A stretch of DNA of 63,054 bases, the filler included. It is 11 parts of 11 records of this genome, joined end to end, with 100 filler letters (N's around TTAATTAATTAA, not from the genome) between each part and the next. Parts side by side here need not be neighbours in the genome. Positions count along the whole stretch, not along the records: positions 1 to 5,709 come from SRR31156797_106477; positions 5,810 to 11,115 come from SRR31156797_106518; positions 11,216 to 16,347 come from SRR31156797_106674; 8 more parts are not named here. The stretch is one strand, 5' to 3'. The position numbers and the translations under genes were made by a program. The notes below the pieces were generated by a model. That model was given only the letters and a program-made list of their open reading frames with translations, did not search any database and was not told the DNA's origin. The number at the start of each line of letters is the position of its first letter. Position 1 is the stretch's first letter. This document shows positions 1-11,811 of the stretch, one piece after another.

Positions 1-2346
<2,346 letters not shown>

Positions 2347-2459
2347 AGCGTTTTTCGCGGATTACGGGGATTTCGGCGGGTAAATCCGGGTTTTGCTCCG
2401 GGTTTGCCCGCCTCTCCCGGCACAACTGCGGAAAACCGTAAAAAACGGCTTTGTTTTTC

Positions 2460-2488
2460 TTGACTGGCTTTGGCGCCGTAACTAGTAT
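2460..2488 (+). promoter_or_regulatory. sigma70-type promoter of the str operon
   Basis: TTGACT (2460-2465), 17 nt, TAGTAT (2483-2488), upstream of rpsL. Confidence 0.7.
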
Positions 2489-2683
2489 GCGGCGCTCTTC
2501 ACGGGGGCTGGTGGTGGGCCGTTCGGTCCAGACGCAGTCCTTTATGAGATTAACAAAACCTGTTCGATGCCGCCCGGGCGGTCTTAAGGGACGCCGTCGG
2601 GGAGGCTTTTTGCCTCGTTGAAGGGGTGTGTGCGCCACGTTTCCAAAAGTTGGGGGTTGGCGCCGATGGAGTGGAATGACGCA

Positions 2684-3055
2684 ATGCCGACAGTTAACCA
2701 GTTGATCCGCAAGCCACGGCAGGCGCCCATCGTTCGCAACAAGGTGCCGGCGCTGGAAAGTTGCCCGCAGAAGCGCGGCGTTTGCACGCGCGTCTACACG
2801 ACGACACCGAAAAAGCCGAACTCGGCGTTGCGTAAGGTTGCCCGCGTTCGTCTGACCAATGGCTTCGAGGTGACCAGCTATATCCCTGGCGAGGGGCACA
2901 ATCTGCAGGAACACTCCGTGGTGATGATCCGCGGCGGGCGCGTCAAGGACCTTCCCGGCGTCCGCTATCACATCATCCGCGGTACCCTTGATACCCAGGG
3001 CGTTTCCGATCGCCGTCAGCGCCGTTCGAAATACGGCGCCAAACGGCCGAAGTAG
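2684..3055 (+). CDS. rpsL: 30S ribosomal protein S12
   Basis: [10 protein letters not shown]...[11 protein letters not shown]...GGRVKDLPG. True start ATG 2684 gives 123 aa. Confidence 0.99.
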   Translation: MPTVNQLIRKPRQAPIVRNKVPALESCPQKRGVCTRVYTTTPKKPNSALRKVARVRLTNGFEVTSYIPGEGHNLQEHSVVMIRGGRVKDLPGVRYHIIRGTLDTQGVSDRRQRRSKYGAKRPK

Positions 3056-3541
<486 letters not shown>

Positions 3542-3571
3542 CGGCGGCAGGGATCTGGAGATATTCCGCGA

Positions 3572-5650
3572 ATGGCTCGTTCGACGCCCCTTGATCGTTA
3601 TCGGAACATCGGCATCATGGCTCACATTGATGCCGGCAAGACGACGACGACTGAACGCATCCTTTATTACACCGGTCGCTCCTACAAGATCGGTGAAGTC
3701 CATGACGGCAACGCCGTCATGGACTGGATGGAGCAGGAACAGGAGCGCGGCATTACGATTACGTCGGCCGCCACGACCTGTTCGTGGAAAGACCACCGTA
3801 TCAACATTATCGATACGCCCGGTCACGTTGACTTTACGATCGAAGTTGAACGGTCCCTCCGAGTTCTGGATGGGGCCGTTGCCGTATTCGACAGCGTCGC
3901 CGGCGTCGAGCCGCAATCGGAAACGGTATGGCGTCAGGCCGACCGCTACGAAGTGCCGCGCATCTGCTTCATCAACAAGATGGACCGCACCGGCGCCGAT
4001 TTTTACCGCTGCGTCGATATGATCAGGGATCGCCTGGGTGCCCAGGCAATGGTCGTGCAGATCCCGATCGGGTCGGAAGCCGAATTCGTCGGCGCCGTCG
4101 ATCTGATCGACATGAAGGCGATCATCTGGAAGGAAGAAACCCTCGGCGCCGAATTCACCGTCTCCGACATTCCGGCCGAATTGGCCGATCAGGCGGCCGA
4201 ATGGCGCGAGAAAATGATCGAACTGGCGGTCGAGCAGGACGATGAGGCCATGGAGGCCTACATCGAAGGCACCGAGCCGGACGTCGCAACGATCAAGAAA
4301 TGTATCCGCGCCGGAACCGTTTCCGGCGCCTTCGTGCCGGTTCTGTGCGGCACCGCCTTCAAGAACAAGGGCGTTCAACCGCTGCTTGATGCGGTCGTCG
4401 ATTTCCTGCCGGCGCCGACCGACGTCGGCGTCATCAAGGGCGTCAAGGCCGGCACCGACGAGGTTGTCGAGCGCAAATATTCCGACGACGAACCGTTTGC
4501 CGCGCTTGCCTTCAAGGTGATGAACGATCCCTTCGTCGGGTCGCTTACCTTCGTGCGGATCTATTCGGGCGTTCTGACGTCGGGCCAGCAGGTCCGCAAT
4601 ACGACCAAGGACGCGCGCGAACGCATCGGCCGCATGCTCTTGATGCATTCCAATTCGCGTGAAGACGTCAACGAGGCCCGCGCCGGCGACATTCTCGCCC
4701 TGGCCGGCCTGAAAAGCACGACGACCGGCGACACCCTGTCGGATACGAACAAGCCGGTCGTGCTCGAACAGATGGATTTCCCGGATCCGGTCATCGAAAT
4801 TGCCGTCGAGCCGAAATCGAAGGCGGACCAGGAGCGCATGGGCCAGGCCCTGTCGCGGCTTGCCGCCGAGGATCCGTCCTTCCGGGTCGCATCCGATTCC
4901 GAAAGCGGCCAGACGGTGATCAAGGGGATGGGCGAGCTTCACCTCGAAATCCTCGTCGATCGCATGAAGCGGGAATTCAAGGTCGAGGCAAATATCGGAA
5001 CACCGCAGGTGGCCTATCGCGAGACCATCACCCGCGAAAGCGATATCGACTATACCCACAAGAAGCAGACCGGCGGTTCCGGGCAGTTTGCGCGCGTCAA
5101 GTTCCGGTTCGAGCCGCTGCCGTCGGGATCGGGCTTCGAGTTCGAGAATGCCGTCGTCGGCGGGTCGGTTCCGCGCGAATATATCGCCGGTGTAGAGAAG
5201 GGCCTGAAGGCGGCTTCGGAAACCGGCGTTCTGTGCGGTTTCCCGATGACCGATTTCAAGGCCGTGCTGTATGACGGCGGCTCCCACGACGTCGATTCCA
5301 GCGTCATGGCGTTCGAAATCGCGACCCGCGCCGCGTTCCGCGAGGGTGTGACGAAATCGAAGCCGGTCCTGCTGGAACCGGTGATGCGGGTCGAAGTGGT
5401 GACGCCCGAGGAATACATGGGCGACATCATCGGCGATTTGAGCTCGCGCCGCGGCAACGTTTCGGGGATGGATCAGCGGGCCAACGCCCGTGTCATCACC
5501 GCGGAGGTGCCGCTGGCCAACATGTTCGGGTATGTCAGCACCCTGCGCTCGATGAGCCAGGGGCGGGCCCAGTTCACGATGCATTTTGATCATTATTCAG
5601 AGGTTCCCCAGCAAGTGTCCGAGGAAGTCAGGACACGGCTGGCTGGATAA
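3572..5650 (+). CDS. fusA: elongation factor G
   Basis: [19 protein letters not shown] and NKMD motifs; 692 aa. Confidence 0.99.
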   Translation: MARSTPLDRYRNIGIMAHIDAGKTTTTERILYYTGRSYKIGEVHDGNAVMDWMEQEQERGITITSAATTCSWKDHRINIIDTPGHVDFTIEVERSLRVLDGAVAVFDSVAGVEPQSETVWRQADRYEVPRICFINKMDRTGADFYRCVDMIRDRLGAQAMVVQIPIGSEAEFVGAVDLIDMKAIIWKEETLGAEFTVSDIPAELADQAAEWREKMIELAVEQDDEAMEAYIEGTEPDVATIKKCIRAGTVSGAFVPVLCGTAFKNKGVQPLLDAVVDFLPAPTDVGVIKGVKAGTDEVVERKYSDDEPFAALAFKVMNDPFVGSLTFVRIYSGVLTSGQQVRNTTKDARERIGRMLLMHSNSREDVNEARAGDILALAGLKSTTTGDTLSDTNKPVVLEQMDFPDPVIEIAVEPKSKADQERMGQALSRLAAEDPSFRVASDSESGQTVIKGMGELHLEILVDRMKREFKVEANIGTPQVAYRETITRESDIDYTHKKQTGGSGQFARVKFRFEPLPSGSGFEFENAVVGGSVPREYIAGVEKGLKAASETGVLCGFPMTDFKAVLYDGGSHDVDSSVMAFEIATRAAFREGVTKSKPVLLEPVMRVEVVTPEEYMGDIIGDLSSRRGNVSGMDQRANARVITAEVPLANMFGYVSTLRSMSQGRAQFTMHFDHYSEVPQQVSEEVRTRLAG

Positions 5651-5683
5651 CCGGGGATTCGGCGAGAACGGAGAAAAATAGCC

Positions 5684-5709
5684 ATGGCGAAGCAGAAATT
5701 TGAACGTAC
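5684..5709 (+). CDS. tuf: elongation factor Tu, N-terminal fragment
   Basis: ATG GCG AAG CAG AAA TTT GAA CGT AC = MAKQKFER(T), directly after fusA with a GGAG RBS. Contig breaks here. Confidence 0.9.
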
Positions 5710-5809
5710 NNNNNNNNNNNNNNNNNNNNNNNNNNNNNNNNNNNNNNNNNNNNTTAATTAATTAANNNNNNNNNNNNNNNNNNNNNNNNNNNNNNNNNNN
5801 NNNNNNNNN
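5710..5809. other. artificial contig spacer
   Basis: 44 N + TTAATTAATTAA (stops in all six frames) + 44 N. Confidence 0.99.
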
Positions 5810-5813
5810 GACA

Positions 5814-6196
5814 AAGGCCCAAGTACGCAGCGAGGAACCAGCATGCATTCGTCGGGAGAGGGCTGGCAGGAATTACATCTGGGGCACGGACGCACCCAGA
5901 CCACCGGCTCTCTCAGCCCCTTCCGGCCAACGCACTGCTGCTGGACCAGCGACAACCACTATGTGGTCCCTCAGCGAGAAGATCCCAACGCTGAAGCTCG
6001 CGACGTGCAGTTGTTCGGGTTCCGAAAGGCTTGCCTATCGATGACAGTGATGCAGCTAAGTCTTTCGCCTGCAGATGTGCATGAGCTTCCCGCGCCGATG
6101 TTCCGACGGACTTCTCGGACCACAAGCTGAGAACTATTCCTAAGACGGCGAAGAATCGCCCAAGGCCTCCATGTGCTACTATGCAACAGGTCGAAT
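5814..6196 (-). ncRNA. candidate structured leader RNA, copy A (unassigned family)
   Basis: Colinear conserved blocks shared with 9724-10093. Starts at the predicted +1 of promoter 6203-6231. Hairpins at equivalent positions with different sequence. Confidence 0.65.
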
Positions 6197-6202
6197 ACGA
6201 AA

Positions 6203-6231
6203 AGTTTACCATAGACAGAAGCCCCGTTCAA
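6203..6231 (-). promoter_or_regulatory. sigma70-type promoter with extended -10, copy A
   Basis: Minus strand TTGAAC, 17 nt, TAAACT, with TGn just before the -10. Same layout as 10100-10128. Confidence 0.7.
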
Positions 6232-6501
6232 GAAAAAAGCAGCCAGAAAACCATGCGGTTTCCACCGCGTCTTCGAGCCTGAGACCGCCGGGGGCGGGTC
6301 TTTTCGGACCTTTCTGGGGCCCCACGTCCCAGGGGGGGCATGGGGCGTCCCAACAGTTCTTCGGCTTCCTGGCCGCTTCGATCCAGTTCAATGCAGTTGG
6401 ACACGGCAGAAAACATGGGTTTGTCAGGGGGTGGGCAGGGAAACACCTGCGGCGGCAGTGGGTGCGGTTCGACCCGTGGGCCACGTCGAGCGGTGGGGCA
6501 G

Positions 6502-6541
6502 AGAGAAGAATGGGGCCCATACCAAGATGGTATGGGCCCCA
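6502..6541 (-). terminator. intrinsic terminator after the PA14-domain gene
   Basis: 14-bp perfect stem TGGGGCCCATACCA/TGGTATGGGCCCCA followed by TTCTTCTCT on the minus strand, about 40 nt after the stop. Confidence 0.75.
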
Positions 6542-6581
6542 GGAAACTACTGTACAACTGATGCTACGTGTTGCCCTCTCG

Positions 6582-9557
6582 TTACCAGGAGGAGACGCCG
6601 ATCAACTCCACTTCGCCGATCTGCATACTATTGGCAGAGCCCGCGTCCCGAACGGTCGGGAAGAGGACCTGATAGTACATGTAGGCGACCGTGTTATCGA
6701 ACTCAATCGGTGTCGCGTTCATGGTGAAGCGCGGCCAAGCTTCGTCGGCGGCGAAATCAACGATATCGCCGGCGGCAATCAGCTCGTACGGGCCATCGAT
6801 GCTCTCATTCGAGCCATAGACCTCGAAGGAGGCCGGATCACGCTCGACGGCATCATTGGCCGTGGTGAGCGTCAGGCCTGTAACGACAGTGGCCCCGACC
6901 GCAGGTGCGATCTGGACGCCGGTGGGCTCAGTTGCGCCCTTGAAGTGCAGGAACTTGGTACCGGTGTCATTGTCGAGACACAGATCCGGTGTTTCCGCTC
7001 CGGGCCAATCCTCATCGTTGGGAACACCCACGATGAGATCGTCCGGACTGGTGACATCGGCCATCACATTGTGGCTCATCGGCGTACCGACACTGACCGT
7101 CACATTGACCTCACCGCTACCGGCAGCCGGAGCATCCGGGGTACCGGCACCAACGGTGATCTTGGCCACGTTGGTCAGGTCAACACCGGCCAGCTCGGCC
7201 AGCGCGATGTTCCAGTTCTGCGTGGCAACGGCTTGCGTTGCAGCCGCATCGTCGGCGACAACCACGGTACTCTGGCCGGCGGCGTCTTCGATCGCCACAT
7301 ACAGACCAGCAGCATCGTTGCTGGGCATATCCACACCAATGGCTTCCACCATTATGTCACCGGTGATGTCTCCGACCATCGAGATCTCAGACATCTGAAC
7401 GACGACGGTGTTGGCCGCATCGTGACTGGTTACGGCCAGACCGACGAGCACGGGATCAACCATTTCGATCTCGACCGTGCCCTCTTCCAGCCACTCGACA
7501 CCATCAACTGAGATGTAGCCGGTGAAGGTGTTGCCCTCGCGGACCAAACGCGCGTAGTACCCAGGATCGACGTCGACGACGCCTTCCAGTGCACGGTTGC
7601 CGGCCGAGTCGGTGTCTGCTGCAGCGCGCCACTGGAATGTGGCACCGCCACCGTCGCCACCGGTGATGATCGAGTCGGCGTGGATCGAACCGGGCTCGGT
7701 GCTCTGGCGGATCATGAAGCCCGCCTTGGCCCAGGTGTTGGTGACGTTCTCAAGGCTGTCGACGCGAACGACCAGGTCAGCGTCGCCCGTGAGACTCTGG
7801 TATGCATAGCGGAACTGATCCGCGCTGCCCCAGATGTCGGCACCGGAAGCGCCCATCGTGACGACGCCGTCAACCTCGGCAAACCCGACCGGATTGCCCT
7901 GGTAGGACACCCGCAGGGTGTCGGGGGCACTGGCCGTCAGGTCTGCTCCATCCAGAGCCACCTCGAGGGTGTTGCCGGCCTCGCCGTAGACGAGGGTATC
8001 GGCAGCCACGGCGGCGAATTCGGCGGTCGTGAAGGTCCAGACATCGCCTTCCCAGACGTCGACGCCATCGTTCTCATCAACCATCCAGGTGTACGGCATG
8101 CCGTAGACCAGGTCGGCAGCGACACTGCTGCCTTCGACGGTGGCGACCAACTCGCCATTGACGGTGACGTCGCTCGAGACAGCACCGCGGCCGCCGTACC
8201 AATCCAACTCGGTGGCCGGGGCCACACCCGTGGCGCCATCGGCCGGAGCGGTCAGACGAGCCTGCGCCGGGACATAGGAGAACTGAACTTCGCTCAAACC
8301 GGCATCCGGGAACAACCCGCCCCAGTTCGTGTTGGCGGTCAGCTTGACATACTTGGCGCCTACGCCACCGAAATCGACGACCGTATTGGCCGCATACGCT
8401 TCGGCAGCAGGAGCTTGGGCAAACTCGACGTCCGTCAGGACCATCCACGTTTCGCCGTCGACGGAATACTCAACGGTGACGTCCTTGAAGCCATAGCCCA
8501 GGAAGCCTTCGAAGCCGGAGTTGGAGTTCCACACCGTCATGTCGACTACTTTGTAGACGCGGGGGAATTCGTACTGGATCGCAACGGCTTCGCCGGCGGC
8601 CGGAACGCCCAGCCACATGTCCAGCGATTCGGTGGAGTGGCCACCATCAACGAGGCCTGAACCGTCCACGGTCTGCTCTGGTCCGCCCACCGCGTCGCCG
8701 GTTGCGGCATTGCTGGTGGCGATGATACCTTCGACGAGGAACGTCTCGGGCTCGGTCGTGAAACTCCAGAGGAAGCCTTCGGCTCCATCCACATCCACGC
8801 GCCAGTAGTAGGTCGTGTCGGTGGCCAGATCCGCGCCGGCACTGCCCAAGTTGACAGAGTTTTCGACGGTGCCCTCAGCGAGCAACTCCAGAGCGGCCGG
8901 GTCGGTGCCGAGGAGCAGATCGACGATCGCACCTTCCGGGGCCGTCCAACTGATCACGCCATCAATGATGCCCATGGCGCCGTTGGCCGGGGACGGACCG
9001 CTGGCCTTGGTCGGAGCGGTGACTTCGTACTCGGCGACGAACAGCTCGCCGGGGATGACGGTGATCTCTTCGGAACCGGGGGGGGTCCAGCCCCAGTCTT
9101 GACCGTCACCGCCGCCACCTTCCTGCATGATACCGACGAACGCGAGGACCTGGCCCTCGGTCAGCATCATGGGTGCGGACTTCTGGCTTTCGTAGTTGCT
9201 CCATGCCTGGCTGGCTGTCCAACCGTCCACGCGCGCGATCTCCTCGGCGTTGACGGGGTTGTCGTCCATGCTGACATAGAGTCTCTGGTAATCGTCACCG
9301 GCGACGTAGAACGTGTACTCACCTGTTTCAGGAACGGTGAGCCAGCCCGTCATTCTGGCGGTGTAATTGTCGGCGATATCCGCCCAGGTCGGCTCCGCGA
9401 GGACATCTACCTGATCCGCGGGGACCCCGCTCTCAGCGATGGCGATGGCGTCATCGATACTTCCGCCACCGTTCCAAATCTCGCGCAGCACGTCTGCCGA
9501 CGACACCGTCGACAGCGCCATGCAAATTGTTAGCGCTAACAAAGCAAGTTTTCTCAT
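6582..9557 (-). CDS. large secreted acidic protein: PA14 domain, Ig/SusE-like modules, discoidin (F5/8 type C) and lectin-like domains
   Basis: Signal peptide MRKLALLALTICMALSTVSSA. PA14 signature NYTARMTGWLTVPETGEYTFYVAGDD. SPANGA/YYWRVD/GDVWTFTT modules typical of Sedimentisphaerales proteins. Discoidin-like YSVDGETW...AKYVKL...GLSEVQF. 991 aa from ATG 9557. Confidence 0.85.
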   Translation of the reverse strand: MRKLALLALTICMALSTVSSADVLREIWNGGGSIDDAIAIAESGVPADQVDVLAEPTWADIADNYTARMTGWLTVPETGEYTFYVAGDDYQRLYVSMDDNPVNAEEIARVDGWTASQAWSNYESQKSAPMMLTEGQVLAFVGIMQEGGGGDGQDWGWTPPGSEEITVIPGELFVAEYEVTAPTKASGPSPANGAMGIIDGVISWTAPEGAIVDLLLGTDPAALELLAEGTVENSVNLGSAGADLATDTTYYWRVDVDGAEGFLWSFTTEPETFLVEGIIATSNAATGDAVGGPEQTVDGSGLVDGGHSTESLDMWLGVPAAGEAVAIQYEFPRVYKVVDMTVWNSNSGFEGFLGYGFKDVTVEYSVDGETWMVLTDVEFAQAPAAEAYAANTVVDFGGVGAKYVKLTANTNWGGLFPDAGLSEVQFSYVPAQARLTAPADGATGVAPATELDWYGGRGAVSSDVTVNGELVATVEGSSVAADLVYGMPYTWMVDENDGVDVWEGDVWTFTTAEFAAVAADTLVYGEAGNTLEVALDGADLTASAPDTLRVSYQGNPVGFAEVDGVVTMGASGADIWGSADQFRYAYQSLTGDADLVVRVDSLENVTNTWAKAGFMIRQSTEPGSIHADSIITGGDGGGATFQWRAAADTDSAGNRALEGVVDVDPGYYARLVREGNTFTGYISVDGVEWLEEGTVEIEMVDPVLVGLAVTSHDAANTVVVQMSEISMVGDITGDIMVEAIGVDMPSNDAAGLYVAIEDAAGQSTVVVADDAAATQAVATQNWNIALAELAGVDLTNVAKITVGAGTPDAPAAGSGEVNVTVSVGTPMSHNVMADVTSPDDLIVGVPNDEDWPGAETPDLCLDNDTGTKFLHFKGATEPTGVQIAPAVGATVVTGLTLTTANDAVERDPASFEVYGSNESIDGPYELIAAGDIVDFAADEAWPRFTMNATPIEFDNTVAYMYYQVLFPTVRDAGSANSMQIGEVELIGVSSW

Positions 9558-9723
9558 GATACACCCTTTCCGATAATATTTCGGTTGCGTTCCGATTGAC
9601 CGTGCTAGCCTTACCATGCTCTAGCTGAGTGCCACCTCCTTCCTGCCGGTGCCCGTGGGGCTGACCGACATGTCGAACGGAGAACCGCGGCTCTCCGTTC
9701 GGCAGTATCCTCCCTGACCCATC

Positions 9724-10093
9724 AAGGCCCAGATGCACCGCAGACAAGCCATGCGCAGAGGATGAGGGGAAAGATGACCATCGCGGCATTCGCTGACGAC
9801 ATGCCACGGAACACCCACTCTCTCGCACCCTTTCCGTGGAGCTACTGCTTCTGGACCGACAATTTCAGTGTCATCTCTGAGTCGCTGCGTTTGCTTGCCG
9901 GGCTCATAGGAAAGCAACCACTTGCGTCGGAAGACGCCTGCCAGGGTCACAGGCAAAGTCCCTCATCCGCAAGTACTTATGAGCCGGAGGTGATCTTTTC
10001 AAGCACCTTTCTCGGGCGGCAAACTGAAACCACTCCTATGACGGCAATGATGTACCGAAAACCTCCGTGTGACGCAATGTCTACAGGTCGAAT
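9724..10093 (-). ncRNA. candidate structured leader RNA, copy B (unassigned family), in the 5' UTR of the PA14-domain gene
   Basis: Conserved blocks shared with 5814-6196. Begins ATTCGACCTGT 7 nt after the -10 box. No credible coding frame. Confidence 0.65.
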
Positions 10094-10099
10094 GTGTTT

Positions 10100-10128
10100 A
10101 GTTTAGCATAGACATGGCATCTATTCAA
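10100..10128 (-). promoter_or_regulatory. sigma70-type promoter with extended -10, copy B
   Basis: Minus strand TTGAAT, 17 nt, TAAACT, with TGn just before the -10. Confidence 0.7.
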
Positions 10129-10510
10129 GCAGGAAGCAGCCTGATTTCACGACTCGTGGCGAGTTTATTTGCCTGCCGGGGGACGGCTTCTCGGACCTGC
10201 CGACCCGTGGACTCCAGTGATGGCCGGGAAACCCCGGCATTTCCGGCCCCTTCCGGAGTCCACAGCGGCCGATGGCAGGCCCACCGGGCGTCAAGAGAGA
10301 CGCTGGAAAGGGAAGAAACGGCGGATTCGCGTCGGAGTGGCCCACGGGCGGCCGGGCAGCACCGGTCATAACAACGCTGCCGCCCGCGTGCGGTGTCTGC
10401 GGGCTATAGGGTTCCCTCGTCCCCCCGGTTTATGATATGCTGTAAAGGTCGGGTGCCGACATGCCGATTCCAGGGTTCCCGCCCAGAAGAACACGGTCAT
10501 GCCGACACCC

Positions 10511-11115
10511 CTAACGTGGAGCTTGGATGTCGATGGGCCGGGCGTAGACGCGCTGCCCATCGTCGTTGTCCATTGTGATGTTTCCGCCAATCCCGGGTAC
10601 TGCCGCATGCGCCGGGTCCGATGGTTCCTCAGGAGATGCGATTTCATCAAGCGGCGGCGCCCGCCAGATATGGGCGGTCCCCGTGGCATTGATCGCCACG
10701 AGCAGGGTGCCGTCGGGTGAGAACTGCAGATGATCTCTAATGAAGCCTTCGCCTTCCAGCGTGGCGACCTCGTGCCTGGTTGCCACGTCCCAGAGTTTGA
10801 CGGCTTCGTCTCTCTGGCTGGCGGAGGCGAGACGCTGGCCATCCGGTGAGAAGGCCACGGCGTGCACCCCGTTGAGATGGCCACGCAATTGGTCCACGAC
10901 GTTCCGTCGCGCGATATCCCACAGGGTCACGGTGCCTTCGGCCGATGCGGTCGCCAGGACCGTCCCATCCGGCGTGAACGCCATGCCCGAGATCCCCCAG
11001 CTTTCTTCGATTCCTTCCGCCGTCTCCATGTCACCTGTGCGAAGATCGACAAAGTGTACGCGTCCCTCCGATCCGCCCATGACCAGAAAACGCTCATTGG
11101 GAGAGAGAATAGGCT
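10511..11115 (-). CDS. WD40-repeat protein, C-terminal part (5' truncated)
   Basis: Repeats AFTPDGTVLATASAEGTVTLWD, GHLNGVHAVAFSPDGQRLASAS...VKLWD and FSPDGTLLV...HIW. Confidence 0.85.
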
Positions 11116-11215
11116 NNNNNNNNNNNNNNNNNNNNNNNNNNNNNNNNNNNNNNNNNNNNTTAATTAATTAANNNNNNNNNNNNNNNNNNNNNNNNNNNNN
11201 NNNNNNNNNNNNNNN
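11116..11215. other. artificial contig spacer
   Basis: N44-TTAATTAATTAA-N44. Confidence 0.99.
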
Positions 11216-11230
11216 CTATTTCTTGTAAAC

Positions 11231-11302
11231 AAAGGACTTGCAGCAATTGCAGGTCCTTTTTTTATTGGGCAAAGACGGGTGATTGTACCCCAGATTGTAC
11301 CC
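11231..11302 (+). other. terminator-like hairpin plus 10-bp direct repeat; probable integration (att) region
   Basis: AAAGGACTTGCA/TGCAGGTCCTTT plus T-run (11231-11263). GATTGTACCC twice (11281-11290, 11293-11302), immediately before the integrase relic. Confidence 0.5.
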
Positions 11303-11353
11303 TATCGAGGACCTGCTCAGTGAGAACGCGGGTCCTTTGTAGGAGTACAGCAG

Positions 11354-11790
11354 ACGGCATCTCTCAAGAAGAGGGAAAGAAGTACTACGCCCAATACTTA
11401 GGTCGGCAGAAGGCAGAAAAGAGTCAGTCTCAACACCACCTCTCTCCAGATTGCCAAGGAGAAACTGAGGCAGCTGGAATCGGCCCTTCACCGGGGCGAA
11501 GAGACTCCAGTACCCACGCGGACGAAGATCGAGAACATTCTGCAACGGTACGCAGATCACGTCCGGACCGTGAAGAGACCCAAAGGCGCCCAGACGGACA
11601 TCTACTACCTGAGGCATATGTTCGGCCCTCCGAGTCAACAGTCGCAGACGCAGCGTCCGGGCCATGAAGCGCCCGCCCAAAGAGGGCCAGGACAGACGCT
11701 TCAAGATGAGTGTCATCGAGGTCGCCTATCTTGAGGTGATCGCGACGGCCGACGTGTCGAACTTCATCCACAGTCACGTCAGAAGCAGGG
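11354..11790 (+). pseudogene. degenerate N-terminal part of a tyrosine-type site-specific integrase
   Basis: AGGAG RBS then ACG instead of ATG. Pieces in shifting frames: ASLKKR / KKYYAQY / SLNTTSLQIAKEKLRQLESALHRG...AQTDIYYLRHMFGP / KRPPKEGQDRR...TADVSNFI. These resemble planctomycete integrase N-termini (from memory). Catalytic domain absent. Confidence 0.6.
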
Positions 11791-11811
11791 GCCGTGCTCA
11801 CAACCGGATGG

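Noticed and set aside
2618-2683. N-terminal extensions in the ORF track (rpsL 2618, pspA 55035, vsr 56733, kinase 40918, NadC-like 29034)
   Set aside because: Downstream ATGs better match family N-termini, RBS positions or gene overlaps.
2684-3055. Streptomycin-resistance substitutions in S12
   Set aside because: TPKKPNS and RVKDLPG are wild type.
6186-6196. ATTCGAC at the 5' end of the leader copies resembles tmRNA or a tRNA loop
   Set aside because: No GGGG acceptor stem upstream (the -10 box is there), and no tag ORF or CCA-type 3' end.
5843-6231. Short ORFs overlapping the leader copies (5843-6130, 5913-6212, 9621-9956, 9762-10106)
   Set aside because: The two homologous regions share no reading frame and differ by indels; conservation is at nucleotide level.
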